Shown: in pieces, positions 9,770-20,372 of the stretch
Layout: the number at the start of each line of letters is the position of its first letter
Numbering within the stretch: position 1 is the stretch's first letter
NCBI GenBank assembly: GCA_965216785.1
Contig: OZ244197.1
Coordinates: 1 to 64,000, forward strand
Source: Thermodesulfobacteriota bacterium
GTDB taxonomy: Bacteria > Desulfobacterota_D > UBA1144 > Nemesobacterales > UBA2774
Reading direction: 5' to 3'
Length of the DNA stretch: 64,000 bases
The notes under the pieces: model-generated
The model's input: the letters and a program-made list of their open reading frames with translations, nothing else
The model's database searches: none
What the model was told of the DNA's origin: nothing
Program-made: the position numbers and the translations under genes

Positions 9770-11089
9770 CTAGACGTTGTAGCGTCTGGGCCCCTTCATT
9801 CCGCCTTTCTTCACAAACCCCTCATAGCTGTGGGTTATAAGGAAAGACTCAATTTGCTGTACAAAATCAAGCGTCACACCCACTACGATAAGGAGCGAAG
9901 TTCCGCCGAAATAAAACGGCAGGTTAAACGGCTCCCGCTGTAAAAACGTAGGTATTACGCAGACGAATGCGACATAAATCGCACCTATAAAAGTAATCCT
10001 GCCAAGTATCTTATCAATATACTCAGCCGTCTTCTTACCTGGCCTTATACCGGGCACAAATCCGCCGTTCTTTCTCAGATTATCTGCCAGATCATCAGGG
10101 TTATATATCACTGCGGTATAAAAATACGCAAAGAAAATAATAAGTCCCGCAAATAGAATATTATACACTACTATATTTTGAAATAATAAATCCGAAATGT
10201 CCCTCAGAACCGGAACGTTTACAAATGTAAGAATTGTGGCCGGGAAGATGAGAAGCGAGGAGGCAAAGATCGGAGGTATAACACCAGCGGTATTAGTCTT
10301 AAGCGGCAGGTGCGAAGACTGACCCCCGTATACTTTCCTGCCGACTACGCGCCTTGGATACTGAACCGGAATCTTCCGATACGATCGCTCAACAAACACG
10401 ATGAACGCCACGATAACAGCAAGCAGCGCAAAAATAAGCACCACACCAAACACCGTAAGCTCACCGGTTCCGATAAGCCTTACAATATCCCATAAAGCCC
10501 CGGGAATGGATACAAGGATTGAAGCTGCGATTATAAGCGAAATACCGTTTCCTATTCCCCTCTCTGTAATCTGCTCACCAAGCCACATCACAAATAGCGA
10601 GCCTGCCGTGAGCGTAAGAACTGTCATAATCCTAAATGTCCAACCGGCGTCTTTCACTACCGTAGCGCCCTGCCCTAAACCGCCTTCAAGCGTAATTGCG
10701 AGCATGAAACCCTGAACAACGCAAATAAGCACAGTACCGTAACGAGAGTACTGATTTATTTTACGCCTACCGGCCTCTCCCTCTTTCTGCATTGCCTCAA
10801 GTGTCGGGAAAGCCTTCACCAGTAGAGACATAATAATGGAAGATGTGATATAAGGCATCACACCAAGCGCAAAGACCGATGCACGCTCAAGCGCCCCGCC
10901 TGAGAACATATTCAGTATGTCAAAGATCGTACCCCTGGTCTGTTCAAAAAGTCTTAGAATCTGCTCAGGGTCAATTCCCGGTATCGGCACAAAAACACCG
11001 AAGCGGTATATAATGAGAACTACTGCCGTAAACAAAAGACGCTTATTAAGCTCAGGGATTCTGGGAATACCGCTTACATTTCTATTCAT
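9770..11089 (-). CDS. secY: preprotein translocase subunit SecY
   Basis: ALGVMPYITSSI, WLGEQIT.RGIGNG.S, GVIPPIFASS, PGIRPG..T, GGTSLLIVV. Confidence 0.98.
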   Translation of the reverse strand: MNRNVSGIPRIPELNKRLLFTAVVLIIYRFGVFVPIPGIDPEQILRLFEQTRGTIFDILNMFSGGALERASVFALGVMPYITSSIIMSLLVKAFPTLEAMQKEGEAGRRKINQYSRYGTVLICVVQGFMLAITLEGGLGQGATVVKDAGWTFRIMTVLTLTAGSLFVMWLGEQITERGIGNGISLIIAASILVSIPGALWDIVRLIGTGELTVFGVVLIFALLAVIVAFIVFVERSYRKIPVQYPRRVVGRKVYGGQSSHLPLKTNTAGVIPPIFASSLLIFPATILTFVNVPVLRDISDLLFQNIVVYNILFAGLIIFFAYFYTAVIYNPDDLADNLRKNGGFVPGIRPGKKTAEYIDKILGRITFIGAIYVAFVCVIPTFLQREPFNLPFYFGGTSLLIVVGVTLDFVQQIESFLITHSYEGFVKKGGMKGPRRYNV

Positions 11090-11517
11090 AAAATTTCTGC
11101 CTTACCGCCTTTATCCTCAATTTTTTTAATTGCGCCTTTAGAAAAAGCGTGGGCCTTTACGGTGACTGATTGCTCCAGCTCTCCCTGACCCAGGATTTTA
11201 ATCGGGTTTTTCCCGCCGGTAAGCCCCGAATTTTTAAACTCTTCGGGTGTTAATACATCGCCTTCAGAAAACCTATTTAGGTCTCTAATATTTATCAAAT
11301 CGTACTCTTCTTTGTTGCGGCTAGTGAAGCCTCTTTTGGGTGAACGGAGCTTAAGCGCAGTCTGCCCACCTTCAAACCACGGCGACACGCCGCCGCCTGA
11401 TCTGGAGTTCTGCCCTTTATGCCCTTTACCGCTGGTTTTTCCCGTGCTGCCCGGACCGCGGCCTACTCTTTTTCTTTTCTTCTTAGATCCTGGATGAGGT
11501 GATAAGTTATTAAGCAT
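11086..11517 (-). CDS. rplO: 50S ribosomal protein L15
   Basis: RVGRG.GS.GKT.GKGHKGQ.SRSG, FEGGQ, PKRGF. Confidence 0.97.
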   Translation of the reverse strand: MLNNLSPHPGSKKKRKRVGRGPGSTGKTSGKGHKGQNSRSGGGVSPWFEGGQTALKLRSPKRGFTSRNKEEYDLINIRDLNRFSEGDVLTPEEFKNSGLTGGKNPIKILGQGELEQSVTVKAHAFSKGAIKKIEDKGGKAEIL

Positions 11518-11563
11518 TTATTACGATCCTCTAAAACAATTTTCAAACTATCTACGTATCTTT

Positions 11564-12115
11564 TTAGCTACCCGCACCGCTTGACGCGCCTTGGTTCAGA
11601 TAAGACTTTGGGAGATCAAGCTCGGTTAATTCCTTGCCTCTCAGACGAGCTACGTCCTCGGGCATCCTTAGTGACGCAAGACCGTTAATAGCCGCGCTCA
11701 CTACGTTTAGGGGATTTGTCGATCCTACTACTTTTGAGAGTATGTCGTGTATTCCCGCAAGCTCTACAACCGCTCTGACAGCACCGCCCGCAATAACACC
11801 GGTACCGGGAGAGGCAGGCCTGAGCATTACTCTACTCGAAACGTGAATTCCTATAATTTCATGGGGAATTGTGCTTCCCGATATTGGAACTTTCACCAGG
11901 CTTTTTTTGGCTTTTTCAATGGCTTTTCTTATAGCGTCTGGAACCTCGTTTGATTTCCCGAGTCCCGAACCTACGATTCCATTGCCGTTTCCTACAACAG
12001 CCAGAGCGGTAAAGTGAAATCTCTTTCCGCCTTTAGTAACCTTGGCTACTCTCCTTATATGTACGACTTTTTCATTTAGCTCGTACTCATTTGGATCGAT
12101 CTTATCTTTTTGCAA
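11564..12115 (-). CDS. rpsE: 30S ribosomal protein S5
   Basis: [27 protein letters not shown]; TTG start. Confidence 0.97.
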   Translation of the reverse strand: MQKDKIDPNEYELNEKVVHIRRVAKVTKGGKRFHFTALAVVGNGNGIVGSGLGKSNEVPDAIRKAIEKAKKSLVKVPISGSTIPHEIIGIHVSSRVMLRPASPGTGVIAGGAVRAVVELAGIHDILSKVVGSTNPLNVVSAAINGLASLRMPEDVARLRGKELTELDLPKSYLNQGASSGAGS

Positions 12116-12152
12116 TCAAGCCTCCCAACTAATACTATTGATTTCCATGCTC

Positions 12153-12527
12153 TTAAAATTTTAGCCCAGCTTCTCTTGCTGCGTCCGCCAGAGCCTTTAT
12201 CCTTCCATGATAAGGATATCCACCACGGTCAAAAGAGACCTCTTTAATCTCTTTTGCAATCGAGAGCTCTGCTACATGCTTACCCACGGCCTTTGCCGCA
12301 TCAACCTTCTTTTGTGCTTCTGCGCCCAAAAGCTCCTTTACTTTAGGAGTAAGTGTTGAAGCCGAAGCAAGCGTAGTACCGTTTGAATCGTCGATTACTT
12401 GCGCGTAAATATGCTTTGACGATTTAAAAACGCTTAACCTTGGTCTGGCCTCACTGCCCTTTACTTTCTTTCTGACGCGTTTGTGTCTTAGATCTTTTTT
12501 AGATTTTCTGCTCGTTCTTTTTATCAT
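12153..12527 (-). CDS. rplR: 50S ribosomal protein L18
   Basis: [37 protein letters not shown]. Confidence 0.97.
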   Translation of the reverse strand: MIKRTSRKSKKDLRHKRVRKKVKGSEARPRLSVFKSSKHIYAQVIDDSNGTTLASASTLTPKVKELLGAEAQKKVDAAKAVGKHVAELSIAKEIKEVSFDRGGYPYHGRIKALADAAREAGLKF

Positions 12528-13072
12528 GCTTTTGCACCAGCCTTACCAGGTTTTAGTCTGAGGATCTCACCTTCGTAGCGAACCCCTTTACCCTTATAGG
12601 CATCGGGCGGCCTTAGTTTTCTGATCCTGGCTGCTATCTCACCTATTATCTGCTTGTCTATGCCTTCGAGTATGAGTTTTGTGCCCCTTTCCTCAACCTT
12701 AGCCGAGATGCTTGAAGGTAGTGAAAATTCAACAGGGTTTGAATACCCGAGACTGAACTTAATCGTGTCCTTTCCTATGAGCTCTGCCCTGTAACCCACT
12801 CCGACTATCTCAAGAGTGCGGGTAAACCCCTTACTCACACCTGTCACCATATTTGACAGAATAGAGCGCGTAAGCCCGTGTAGGGCCTTTATTTTCTTCT
12901 CATCATTTATTCTTTCTACAACTATATTATTATCTTCGACCTTAGCTTCTATACCCTGGGGTATTTCCCATGTGAGCTTCCCTTTTCCGCCCTCAACATC
13001 CACTTGAGCGTTCTTGAAGCTTATTTTTACCCCGTCGGGGACTGCTATAGGTTTTCTACCAATTCGTGACAT
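12524..13072 (-). CDS. rplF: 50S ribosomal protein L6
   Basis: start reassigned to MSRIGRKPI (ATG at 13072); [24 protein letters not shown]. Confidence 0.97.
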   Translation of the reverse strand: MSRIGRKPIAVPDGVKISFKNAQVDVEGGKGKLTWEIPQGIEAKVEDNNIVVERINDEKKIKALHGLTRSILSNMVTGVSKGFTRTLEIVGVGYRAELIGKDTIKFSLGYSNPVEFSLPSSISAKVEERGTKLILEGIDKQIIGEIAARIRKLRPPDAYKGKGVRYEGEILRLKPGKAGAKA

Positions 13073-13082
13073 TAATTCTCCC

Positions 13083-13475
13083 TCACAATACAGAACAGAT
13101 AAGCTCACCACCAATGCCCTGGCTTCTGGCTTCGGTGCCTGTCATAATCCCTTTAGAAGTGGAAAGTATACAGATTCCAAGTCCGCCTTTTATGCGGGGG
13201 ATTTCACCCTTATCCACATATACCCTGCGGCTGGGCTTACTTATCCTTTGTATCTCTTTTATAACACTCTCTTTTTCAGACGTATAAGCGATATTAACTT
13301 TTATCTGGGGAACTTTCTTTTCTTCAGTAATGCTGTAGTCCTTAATATACCCCTGCTCTTTAAGTATTCTGGCAACCTCAACTTTTAGCTTCGATAACGG
13401 AACCAGAGTAGTTTTATGCCCCGCTATAATAGCATTTCGTATCCTACTTAACATATCTGCAATTGGGTCTGTCAT
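13083..13475 (-). CDS. rpsH: 30S ribosomal protein S8
   Basis: TDPIADML.RIRNA, RISKP.RRVY, GLGI.ILSTSKG, GGE. Confidence 0.97.
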   Translation of the reverse strand: MTDPIADMLSRIRNAIIAGHKTTLVPLSKLKVEVARILKEQGYIKDYSITEEKKVPQIKVNIAYTSEKESVIKEIQRISKPSRRVYVDKGEIPRIKGGLGICILSTSKGIMTGTEARSQGIGGELICSVL

Positions 13476-13525
13476 AAGATTATGCCTCTTATCTTTAATA
13501 TTCCTCTTTCTTTATTGCCAGTGTT

Positions 13526-13711
13526 CTACCAGCTGGCTTTCCTAACTCCCGGTATCTTTCCAAAACTCGCCAGATCTCTGAAGCAGAGCCTGCACATATC
13601 GAACTTGCGCATATAAGCCCTGGGCCTGCCGCACAAAGGACAGCGATTCCCTGCCCGAACTTTAAACTTGGGCTCTTTCCTGAATTTTTCCATTAACGCT
13701 TTTCTAGTCAT
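13526..13711 (-). CDS. rpsN: 30S ribosomal protein S14 type Z (Zn-binding)
   Basis: 61 aa; [24 protein letters not shown]. Confidence 0.96.
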   Translation of the reverse strand: MTRKALMEKFRKEPKFKVRAGNRCPLCGRPRAYMRKFDMCRLCFRDLASFGKIPGVRKASW

Positions 13712-13723
13712 ATGCCCTCTCTC

Positions 13724-14278
13724 CTAAGATTTTGCAAACGGCATTCCGAATTCTTCCAAAAGCCCCTTTGCTTCCTCGTCCGTTCTTGCGGAGGTGTTTA
13801 TTGTTATATTCATACCTTTTACGTGCTGTACCTTGCTGTAATCAATCTCAGGGAAAATGATCTGCTCTTTTAGCCCCAGAGTATAATTCCCCCGCCCGTC
13901 AAACGCTGTAGCGGAAACTCCCCTGAAATCACGTACCCTTGGGAGAGCGAGGTTGATTAAACGGTCCAGAAACTCGTACATTTGGTTCCCTCTTAGAGTA
14001 ACCATACACCCTATGGGGACACCGTCACGAAGTTTAAATCCGGCAATCGACTTTCTCGCAAGCGTAACCACGGGTGCTTGTCCCGTAATCTGAGCGATCT
14101 CAGCCTGCGCTTCTTCTATTACCTTTTTATCCCTGCCGGCGTCAGTCATCTTCCCTAGTCCCATGTTTAGTACTATCTTTTGGACTTTTGGAACCTGCAT
14201 AGGGTTTTTATAAGAGAACTTTTCCATCAGCGCGGGAGACACGTTATCTTTATAAAAGTCTTTTAATCTAGTAGTCAT
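13724..14278 (-). CDS. rplE: 50S ribosomal protein L5
   Basis: [40 protein letters not shown]. Confidence 0.97.
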   Translation of the reverse strand: MTTRLKDFYKDNVSPALMEKFSYKNPMQVPKVQKIVLNMGLGKMTDAGRDKKVIEEAQAEIAQITGQAPVVTLARKSIAGFKLRDGVPIGCMVTLRGNQMYEFLDRLINLALPRVRDFRGVSATAFDGRGNYTLGLKEQIIFPEIDYSKVQHVKGMNITINTSARTDEEAKGLLEEFGMPFAKS

Positions 14279-14281
14279 TTT

Positions 14282-14635
14282 TTAGCCTATCTCCTCTCCG
14301 CTCTTTTTGCTGTAGCGAACCTTTTCTCCACTCCCCAGCACTTTACGGCCAATGCGCACAGGTCCGCCCTCCGAAGGGTCATAAGCCATCAGATTTGAAA
14401 TATGTATCGGAGCCTCTTTCTCGACTATCCCACCTGTCGGATTTTGCTGGCTCGCCTTTTGGTGACGCTTAACCATGTTTAATTTTTCAACTATTGCCCT
14501 GTTTTTACCTCTCAGGAGCTTTGTCACCTTACCGCTCTTGCCTTTCTCCTTTCCCGAAACCACATAAACAGTATCACCCGTTTTAATGTGCGTTTTACTC
14601 CTGCCTTTAGATTGTCCGCTGTCTCTCAGTGACAT
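14282..14635 (-). CDS. rplX: 50S ribosomal protein L24
   Basis: [27 protein letters not shown]; start set at ATG 14635. Confidence 0.95.
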   Translation of the reverse strand: MSLRDSGQSKGRSKTHIKTGDTVYVVSGKEKGKSGKVTKLLRGKNRAIVEKLNMVKRHQKASQQNPTGGIVEKEAPIHISNLMAYDPSEGGPVRIGRKVLGSGEKVRYSKKSGEEIG

Positions 14636-14636
14636 T

Positions 14637-15005
14637 TTACACAACCTCCGGCGCAAGCGAGATAATCTTCATAAACCCTTTCGTACGGAGCTCGCGGGCT
14701 ATCGGTCCGAAAACACGTGTTCCCATGGGCTCGTTCTCTTTATCAATAATTACAGCGGCGTTATTATCGAACCTGACATAGGATCCGTCGGTTCGTCTCT
14801 GTTCTTTTCTGGTACGTACAATCACTGCTTTGTATATAGCTCCTTTATCAACTTTCGCGTTCGGTATTGCCTCTTTCACCGACACCACGACAACGTCTCC
14901 GAGCCTTGCGTACTTCCTGCCCGAACCTCCGAGCACTTTAATGCAGAAGAGACTCTTTGCGCCGGTGTTGTCGGCTGAGTCCAGATAAGTGGTTGATTGA
15001 ATCAC
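14637..15005 (-). CDS. rplN: 50S ribosomal protein L14
   Basis: [43 protein letters not shown]. Confidence 0.98.
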   Translation of the reverse strand: MIQSTTYLDSADNTGAKSLFCIKVLGGSGRKYARLGDVVVVSVKEAIPNAKVDKGAIYKAVIVRTRKEQRRTDGSYVRFDNNAAVIIDKENEPMGTRVFGPIARELRTKGFMKIISLAPEVV

Positions 15006-15487
15006 TCGCCCTGTCCTCCTTTGTCCTCTGGCTCTTCTGTCTCTCCCTCAGCACTCGCCTCTTCAGCCTCTGGTGCTTCGGACTCGCTTACTTCAGCCGT
15101 AGCTTGCGGCTCGGCAGCTTCGGCTTCTTCAACGTTTTCCGTTTCAGGCTCCGCCGCATCGACTCCGCTGCCTGTAATTTCAGCCTCTTCCTCTGCAAGC
15201 CTTGATTCCGCCTCTGCCTTTTCTGCCTCTACCATCTTCGAGCGCTCGAGAATCTTGCTTACTCTCCACCTTTTGGTCTTGCTCGTGGGCTTTGTCTCGA
15301 TTATCAATACCTTATCCCCTACCTGGCAGTTCTCATTTTCATCGTGAGCCTTAAAAGTAGTATTTCTCTTAATTGCTTTAGTGTAGCGCGGATGCTCTTT
15401 AATCTGGATTACGTTTACGACAACGGTTTTATCCATTTTATCGCTCACTACAGTCCCAATTCTGGATTTATATATACCTCTTGGCAT
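15002..15487 (-). CDS. rpsQ: 30S ribosomal protein S17 with ~75-aa acidic C-terminal extension
   Basis: [20 protein letters not shown].., GD.V.I.ET.P.SKTKRW. Confidence 0.96.
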   Translation of the reverse strand: MPRGIYKSRIGTVVSDKMDKTVVVNVIQIKEHPRYTKAIKRNTTFKAHDENENCQVGDKVLIIETKPTSKTKRWRVSKILERSKMVEAEKAEAESRLAEEEAEITGSGVDAAEPETENVEEAEAAEPQATAEVSESEAPEAEEASAEGETEEPEDKGGQGE

Positions 15488-15492
15488 TATTA

Positions 15493-15696
15493 CTATTTCT
15501 CCCTCAGGGCAAGTTCCTTTTCTCTTATCACTGTGTGTACCCGGGCCAAGTCTCTTCTAAGCTTCTTTATCCTGGCCACATTCGTAGTCTGTTGTGTTGC
15601 AACCTGAATCTTTAAATTAAAGAGCTCTTCTGAAAGCTCTTTTTTTTGTTTGCTTATCTCTTCTTCCGTTAGTTCTCTCAGCTCGCTCGCTTTCAC
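15493..15696 (-). CDS. rpmC: 50S ribosomal protein L29
   Basis: [20 protein letters not shown]; operon position. Confidence 0.95.
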   Translation of the reverse strand: MKASELRELTEEEISKQKKELSEELFNLKIQVATQQTTNVARIKKLRRDLARVHTVIREKELALREK

Positions 15697-16118
15697 TTTA
15701 GTATATCCCCCTGATCTCGTGTCACCATGCGCGTTTTAACCGGAAGCTTGTGCGACGCCAGCCTGAAAGCCTCTTTTGCAAGCTCCTCTGTAAGTCCGCT
15801 GATCTCATATATCATGGTTCCTCTTCTTAGCGGAGCCACATAACTATCGACATCGCCCTTTCCCTTACCCATCCGGGTCTCGGCGGGCTTTTTGGTTATG
15901 GCCTTGTGCGGGAATACTCTGATCCAGAGCTTTGCCCCTCTTTTCACATGCCTAGTAATTGCTATACGGGCAGACTCGATCTGCCTTGACGTCAGCTTTC
16001 CACACTCAAGCGACTGGAGTCCAAACTCACCAAAGGCGAGCGAAGCCCCTTTAGTAGCCTTTCCTCTTATTCTTCCTTTAAACAGTTTTCTATATTTAGT
16101 ACGCGATGGTTGCAGCAT
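15693..16118 (-). CDS. rplP: 50S ribosomal protein L16
   Basis: [39 protein letters not shown]. Confidence 0.98.
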   Translation of the reverse strand: MLQPSRTKYRKLFKGRIRGKATKGASLAFGEFGLQSLECGKLTSRQIESARIAITRHVKRGAKLWIRVFPHKAITKKPAETRMGKGKGDVDSYVAPLRRGTMIYEISGLTEELAKEAFRLASHKLPVKTRMVTRDQGDILK

Positions 16119-16130
16119 TATTTATCACCG

Positions 16131-16784
16131 TTAAGCCAATTGTCTATGTTTCTTCTCAAGTACTTCACCCTTGAATATCCAAACTTTAATCCCTATTATT
16201 CCGTATGTTGTTTTAGCTTCGGCAAGCCCGTAATCTATATCCGCTCTGAGCGTTGCAAGAGGCACTCTTCCTTCCCTGTACCATTCTTTTCTCGCAATCT
16301 CAGCTCCTCCGAGACGACCCGAAACCATGATCTTTATTCCGAGTGCTCCCAGGCGCATGGCAGAGGCGATCGCCCTCTTCATAGCTCTTCTAAACGCGAT
16401 CCTTCTCTGGATCTGAAGCGCCACGTTCTCAGCCACAAGCTGTGCGTCAATCTCAGGGCGTTTTACTTCCCGGATATCCAGATAAATATCCTTGCCGGTC
16501 ATTTTTGAAAGCTTTTGTCTCAGAGACTCAATCTCCTGCCCTTTTCTTCCTATAATCATTCCCGGACGCGCGGAGTTGATAATAATCCTCACTCTTTCAG
16601 ACGCCGCACGCTCAAGCTCGATCTTGGAAATAGCAGCTTGATAGAAATCCTTCTTAATAAGGTTTCTGATCTTCAAATCCTCATGCAAGAGGTCTGAATA
16701 CTTCCTTTTCTCAGCAAACCACTTGGAGTCCCAGGTTTTAGTAATTCCCAATCTAAGCCCTATAGGGCAAACTTTCTGACCCAA
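16131..16784 (-). CDS. rpsC: 30S ribosomal protein S3
   Basis: [32 protein letters not shown]; TTG start at 16784 after GAAAGGGGG. Confidence 0.97.
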   Translation of the reverse strand: MGQKVCPIGLRLGITKTWDSKWFAEKRKYSDLLHEDLKIRNLIKKDFYQAAISKIELERAASERVRIIINSARPGMIIGRKGQEIESLRQKLSKMTGKDIYLDIREVKRPEIDAQLVAENVALQIQRRIAFRRAMKRAIASAMRLGALGIKIMVSGRLGGAEIARKEWYREGRVPLATLRADIDYGLAEAKTTYGIIGIKVWIFKGEVLEKKHRQLA

Positions 16785-16785
16785 T

Positions 16786-17124
16786 TTATAGCCCCCTTTC
16801 TTCAAGCACTATAGTTATATGACTCATTCTTCTCTTCCTCGATGTAGCTCTTCCCATCGCTCTAGCTCTTATGCGTTTCAGGGTCGGGCCTTTGGAGGCG
16901 TAAGCCTCTTTTATATATAGAGTCTCCGTGTCGCTATGGCCCTTTTCAGAAGCGTTTGCTACAGCGGACTTGAGAATTTTCGCTATATCGTCCGCCGAGC
17001 GTTTCCTTAGCGTGGATAGAGTCGAGAATGCATGCTCTACGCCAGCGCCCCTTATCAGCTCTAAAACCAGGCCTACTTTCTTAGGCGACTGTCTGTAATA
17101 TTTTTTTATTGCTTGCGATACCAT
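16786..17124 (-). CDS. rplV: 50S ribosomal protein L22
   Basis: SP.K...V...IRG, SAVANA, GPTLKR...RA.GRA, SHITIV; start may be 17124 or 17136. Confidence 0.94.
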   Translation of the reverse strand: MVSQAIKKYYRQSPKKVGLVLELIRGAGVEHAFSTLSTLRKRSADDIAKILKSAVANASEKGHSDTETLYIKEAYASKGPTLKRIRARAMGRATSRKRRMSHITIVLEERGL

Positions 17125-17204
17125 ATTATATTTCACTCACACTAAATTTTATTTAACCCACTTTACTTTCTATCAAATTTAAAGGCTAAGGCACTCCCCC
17201 GTAA

Positions 17205-17492
17205 CTATCTACCCTTACCCATCTTTACCTTCTTATCTCCCGCATGACTCGAAAAGGTGCGCGTTGGTGAAAACTCACCCAATTTATGCCCTACCATATG
17301 CTCTGTCACGTACACAGGAATGAACTTCCTCCCGTTATGTACTGCGAACGTAAGCCCTATCATATCGGGGGTAACCATGGAATTCCTTGACCACGTCTTA
17401 ATAATACGCGGGTCTCCGGATTTCTTTTCCGCCTCTATCTTCTTAAGCAGCTTTTCGTTTACGAACGGTCCTTTTTTACTCGATCTCGGCAT
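17205..17492 (-). CDS. rpsS: 30S ribosomal protein S19
   Basis: RS.KKGPFV, KTWSR.S, HNGRKF.PV...[13 protein letters not shown]. Confidence 0.98.
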   Translation of the reverse strand: MPRSSKKGPFVNEKLLKKIEAEKKSGDPRIIKTWSRNSMVTPDMIGLTFAVHNGRKFIPVYVTEHMVGHKLGEFSPTRTFSSHAGDKKVKMGKGR

Positions 17493-17507
17493 AACCCTTC
17501 CTTGTCC

Positions 17508-18350
17508 TTAGTCCATTCCGTAACCGACTCTTCTTCTTCTGACGATGAATTTGTCGGTCCTTTTATTTTTTCTAGTTTTATATCCGATTGTAATCCAGCC
17601 CCATGGAGATACCGGGTGGGGGTTTCCTTTTGTAGCCTTACCCTCTCCTCCGCCGTGCGGATGGTCAACCGGGTTCATCGCCACACCCCTTACAGTCGGG
17701 CGTTTGCCCAGGTGGCGCTTTCTTCCCGCCTTTCCGAATACCACGAGCTCGTGCTCGGTATTTCCGACTCTCCCCAAAGTGGCCATGCAGTTCTGATGTA
17801 TTATGCGTATCTCGCCCGAGGCCATTTTTAGCTGAGCATAGTCGCCCTCTTTGGCGACGATCTGAGCCGACGCCCCGGCAGCCCTTGCGAGCTTGCCGCC
17901 GCCCCTTGGCTTGATCTCTATGTTATGTACCGTGTTACCAACAGGGATATTTCTTATGGGCAGCGCGTTTCCGGTTGCTATTTCAGCATTCTCACCCGAC
18001 ATTACCGTGTCGCCCACTTTTATAGCGTCAGGGGCTATGATGTATCTTTTTTCACCGTCAGCGTAATGAAGAAGAGCAATCCTGGATGAGCGGTTAGGAT
18101 CGTATTCGATCGATGCTACCTTTGCGGGTACTCCGAATTTGTCTCTTTTGAAATCAACTTTTCTGTACTGACGTTTGTGTCCGCCCCCCCTCTGAAAGCT
18201 GGTTATTCTTCCCTGAGAGTTGCGGCCTGCCTTTTGTTTATTGGGCGAAACAAGGGGTTTATGCGGCTTATCCGTAGTAACGTCCGCAAAATCGGACCCC
18301 GACATAAATCTTCTGCCCGGACTTGTAGGATTGAATTTTCTAATACCCAT
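17508..18350 (-). CDS. rplB: 50S ribosomal protein L2
   Basis: [33 protein letters not shown]. Confidence 0.98.
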   Translation of the reverse strand: MGIRKFNPTSPGRRFMSGSDFADVTTDKPHKPLVSPNKQKAGRNSQGRITSFQRGGGHKRQYRKVDFKRDKFGVPAKVASIEYDPNRSSRIALLHYADGEKRYIIAPDAIKVGDTVMSGENAEIATGNALPIRNIPVGNTVHNIEIKPRGGGKLARAAGASAQIVAKEGDYAQLKMASGEIRIIHQNCMATLGRVGNTEHELVVFGKAGRKRHLGKRPTVRGVAMNPVDHPHGGGEGKATKGNPHPVSPWGWITIGYKTRKNKRTDKFIVRRRRVGYGMD

Positions 18351-18352
18351 AA

Positions 18353-18640
18353 TTAAACTCCCTCAAAGAACTCAATTGCGCCTTCTCTGAGCTTCACATA
18401 CGCTTTTTTAATTGATGACCTTTTTCCCGAAGGCCGCCCGAACCTCTTTACGACCTTACCAGCCGTAACAAGCGTTCTTACTTTATCTACTTTAACGTTG
18501 AATATCTTTTCAATTGCGTCTTTGATCTCAATTTTATTAGAGCGTTTATCTACCGAGAATACATACCAGTCAGCCTCTCTCGCATCAGAGGACTTTTCGG
18601 TAACAAGGGGACGCTTTATTACTTGTCTTGGGTCTTTCAA
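18353..18640 (-). CDS. rplW: 50S ribosomal protein L23
   Basis: P.VTEKS, NK.EIK.AIE.IF.VKV, KKAYV.L. Confidence 0.96.
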   Translation of the reverse strand: MKDPRQVIKRPLVTEKSSDAREADWYVFSVDKRSNKIEIKDAIEKIFNVKVDKVRTLVTAGKVVKRFGRPSGKRSSIKKAYVKLREGAIEFFEGV

Positions 18641-19260
18641 TGTGATAACGCCTCCTGTGCTTGAGCGAGAGATTCCTCAGTCATAATGAGCGTATCGTAT
18701 TTTAAAATGTCGTATACGTTTATACCGTCCAATTTAATAACCTTAATATTCTTAATATTTCTGGCTGATTTCATGAGGTTATCGTTATCCGATGCCACGA
18801 TGATCAGCGCGGATTTGAGCTCAAATTTTTGAGCGAATTCCGCTACGTTTTTAGTTTTAATTTCGGGAAGGGTAATTTCATTAAGCCCCACCAAAAAACC
18901 TTCACTGTATTTTAACGACAGCGCGCTAATGAGAGCGTTTCTCTTGGTCTTTTTATTAATAGTATATGACCAGTCTTTTGGCTTAGGCCCGAACACAACA
19001 CCGCCCTTTCTCCAAATAGGGGATCTTGTGCTCCCGTGACGCGCTCTGCCCATATGCTTTTGCTTCCAGGGTTTTGCGCCGCCGCCTCTCACCTCACCCC
19101 TTGTCTTTGTTGACGATGTACCCGCGCGCTTTTTAGCAAGCTGCCAGTTTACAACAGAGTGAAGGAGGTGTTTTTTTACCGGAGCCTCGAATATCTCAGG
19201 GAGAAGCTCTACACTTCCCACTTTGCTTTTTGTAATGTCGTATAAATCAAGCTGCGGCAC
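18637..19260 (-). CDS. rplD: 50S ribosomal protein L4
   Basis: R.GT.STKTR.EV.GGG.KPW.QK..GRAR.GS.RSP.W..GG..FGP.P; GTG start at 19260 (alternative 19269). Confidence 0.96.
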   Translation of the reverse strand: MPQLDLYDITKSKVGSVELLPEIFEAPVKKHLLHSVVNWQLAKKRAGTSSTKTRGEVRGGGAKPWKQKHMGRARHGSTRSPIWRKGGVVFGPKPKDWSYTINKKTKRNALISALSLKYSEGFLVGLNEITLPEIKTKNVAEFAQKFELKSALIIVASDNDNLMKSARNIKNIKVIKLDGINVYDILKYDTLIMTEESLAQAQEALSH

Positions 19261-19894
19261 GATCACCACTTCCTTTTGTAGTATTCTTTATAACCAGTAT
19301 GCCACCGTTAGGACCTGGCACTGAGCCCTTAATCAACAGTAAATTCTTTTCCTCATCCACCTTTACAATCTTAAGCCCCTGCACCGTCACTCTCTCATTT
19401 CCCATCTGGCCCGCCATCTTGATCCCTTTCCATACTTTTCCGGGATAAGAGGCCTGCCCAATACCGCCGGGTCTTCTGTGAGCCATACCCCCGTGAGAGG
19501 CCGGCTGGCCGCTGAACCCGTGACGCTTCATGGTACCGGAAAACCCTTTACCTTTGGATGTCCCCGCAACGTCCACTACGTCACCTTCATTGAATATTCC
19601 AGCTGTAACCTGATCGCCCTCGTTATATTCCTCAATACTGCCCTGAAACTCCACCACGTGTCTCTGAGGCACGGTTCCCGAGCGTTTAAAGTGACCGATG
19701 GTAGCTTTGTTTGCTCTTCCGGGCTTAATTTCCTCAAACCCCAGCTGCAACGCCTCATAACCGTCCTTATCCTGAGTCTTTTTCTGAAGCACATAGCACG
19801 GACCCGCCTCTACAACCGTAGTTATAACAACGGTGCCGTCATCTTGAAATATTTCCGTCATACCTAATTTTTTACCAATTAATCCTTCAATCAT
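19247..19894 (-). CDS. rplC: 50S ribosomal protein L3
   Basis: GKK.GMT, DGY.A.Q.GF, SKGKGF.G..KR.GF, SHG, MAG.MG, KGSVPG. Confidence 0.97.
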   Translation of the reverse strand: MIEGLIGKKLGMTEIFQDDGTVVITTVVEAGPCYVLQKKTQDKDGYEALQLGFEEIKPGRANKATIGHFKRSGTVPQRHVVEFQGSIEEYNEGDQVTAGIFNEGDVVDVAGTSKGKGFSGTMKRHGFSGQPASHGGMAHRRPGGIGQASYPGKVWKGIKMAGQMGNERVTVQGLKIVKVDEEKNLLLIKGSVPGPNGGILVIKNTTKGSGDRAAA

Positions 19895-19900
19895 TACCAG

Positions 19901-20218
19901 TTATCCGTTTAATTTTATTTCAACCTCAACGCCCGATGCCAAATCCAGCTTCATAAGCGCGTCGATTGTCTGTTGTGTAGGCTCGAGTATATCTACAAGC
20001 CTCTTATGCGTCCTTACCTCAAAATGCTCCCTCGAATTCTTATCCACATGAGGAGAGCGGAGAACACAATAACGGCTAATATGTGTTGGCAGCGGAACCG
20101 GTCCCGCCACTCTCGCGCCCGTTCTCTTCGCGGTGTCTACAATCTCAACCGAAGAGCGGTCAAGCAATCTGTGATCAAACGATTTTAACTTTATTCTTAT
20201 CTTCGCAGCACGACTCAT
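19901..20218 (-). CDS. rpsJ: 30S ribosomal protein S10
   Basis: [32 protein letters not shown]. Confidence 0.98.
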   Translation of the reverse strand: MSRAAKIRIKLKSFDHRLLDRSSVEIVDTAKRTGARVAGPVPLPTHISRYCVLRSPHVDKNSREHFEVRTHKRLVDILEPTQQTIDALMKLDLASGVEVEIKLNG

Positions 20219-20372
20219 ATAATAATTCCTTTTATGTTACTACTTTATTATGCATACACTACAAAAGTTTTGTATACACCCCAAAAAGAAAACAATTTTA
20301 AATTTTTGTCTAAATCCGTTTCAAGACTTGGCTTAATCCGGCTTTACTAATCGTGAATCCAAATGCCTAACG

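Noticed and set aside
20219-20372. tRNA or S10 leader RNA between tuf and rpsJ (TACAAAA-G-TTTTGTA palindrome)
   Set aside because: No cloverleaf; the AT-only inverted repeat with a 1-nt loop is too weak to call
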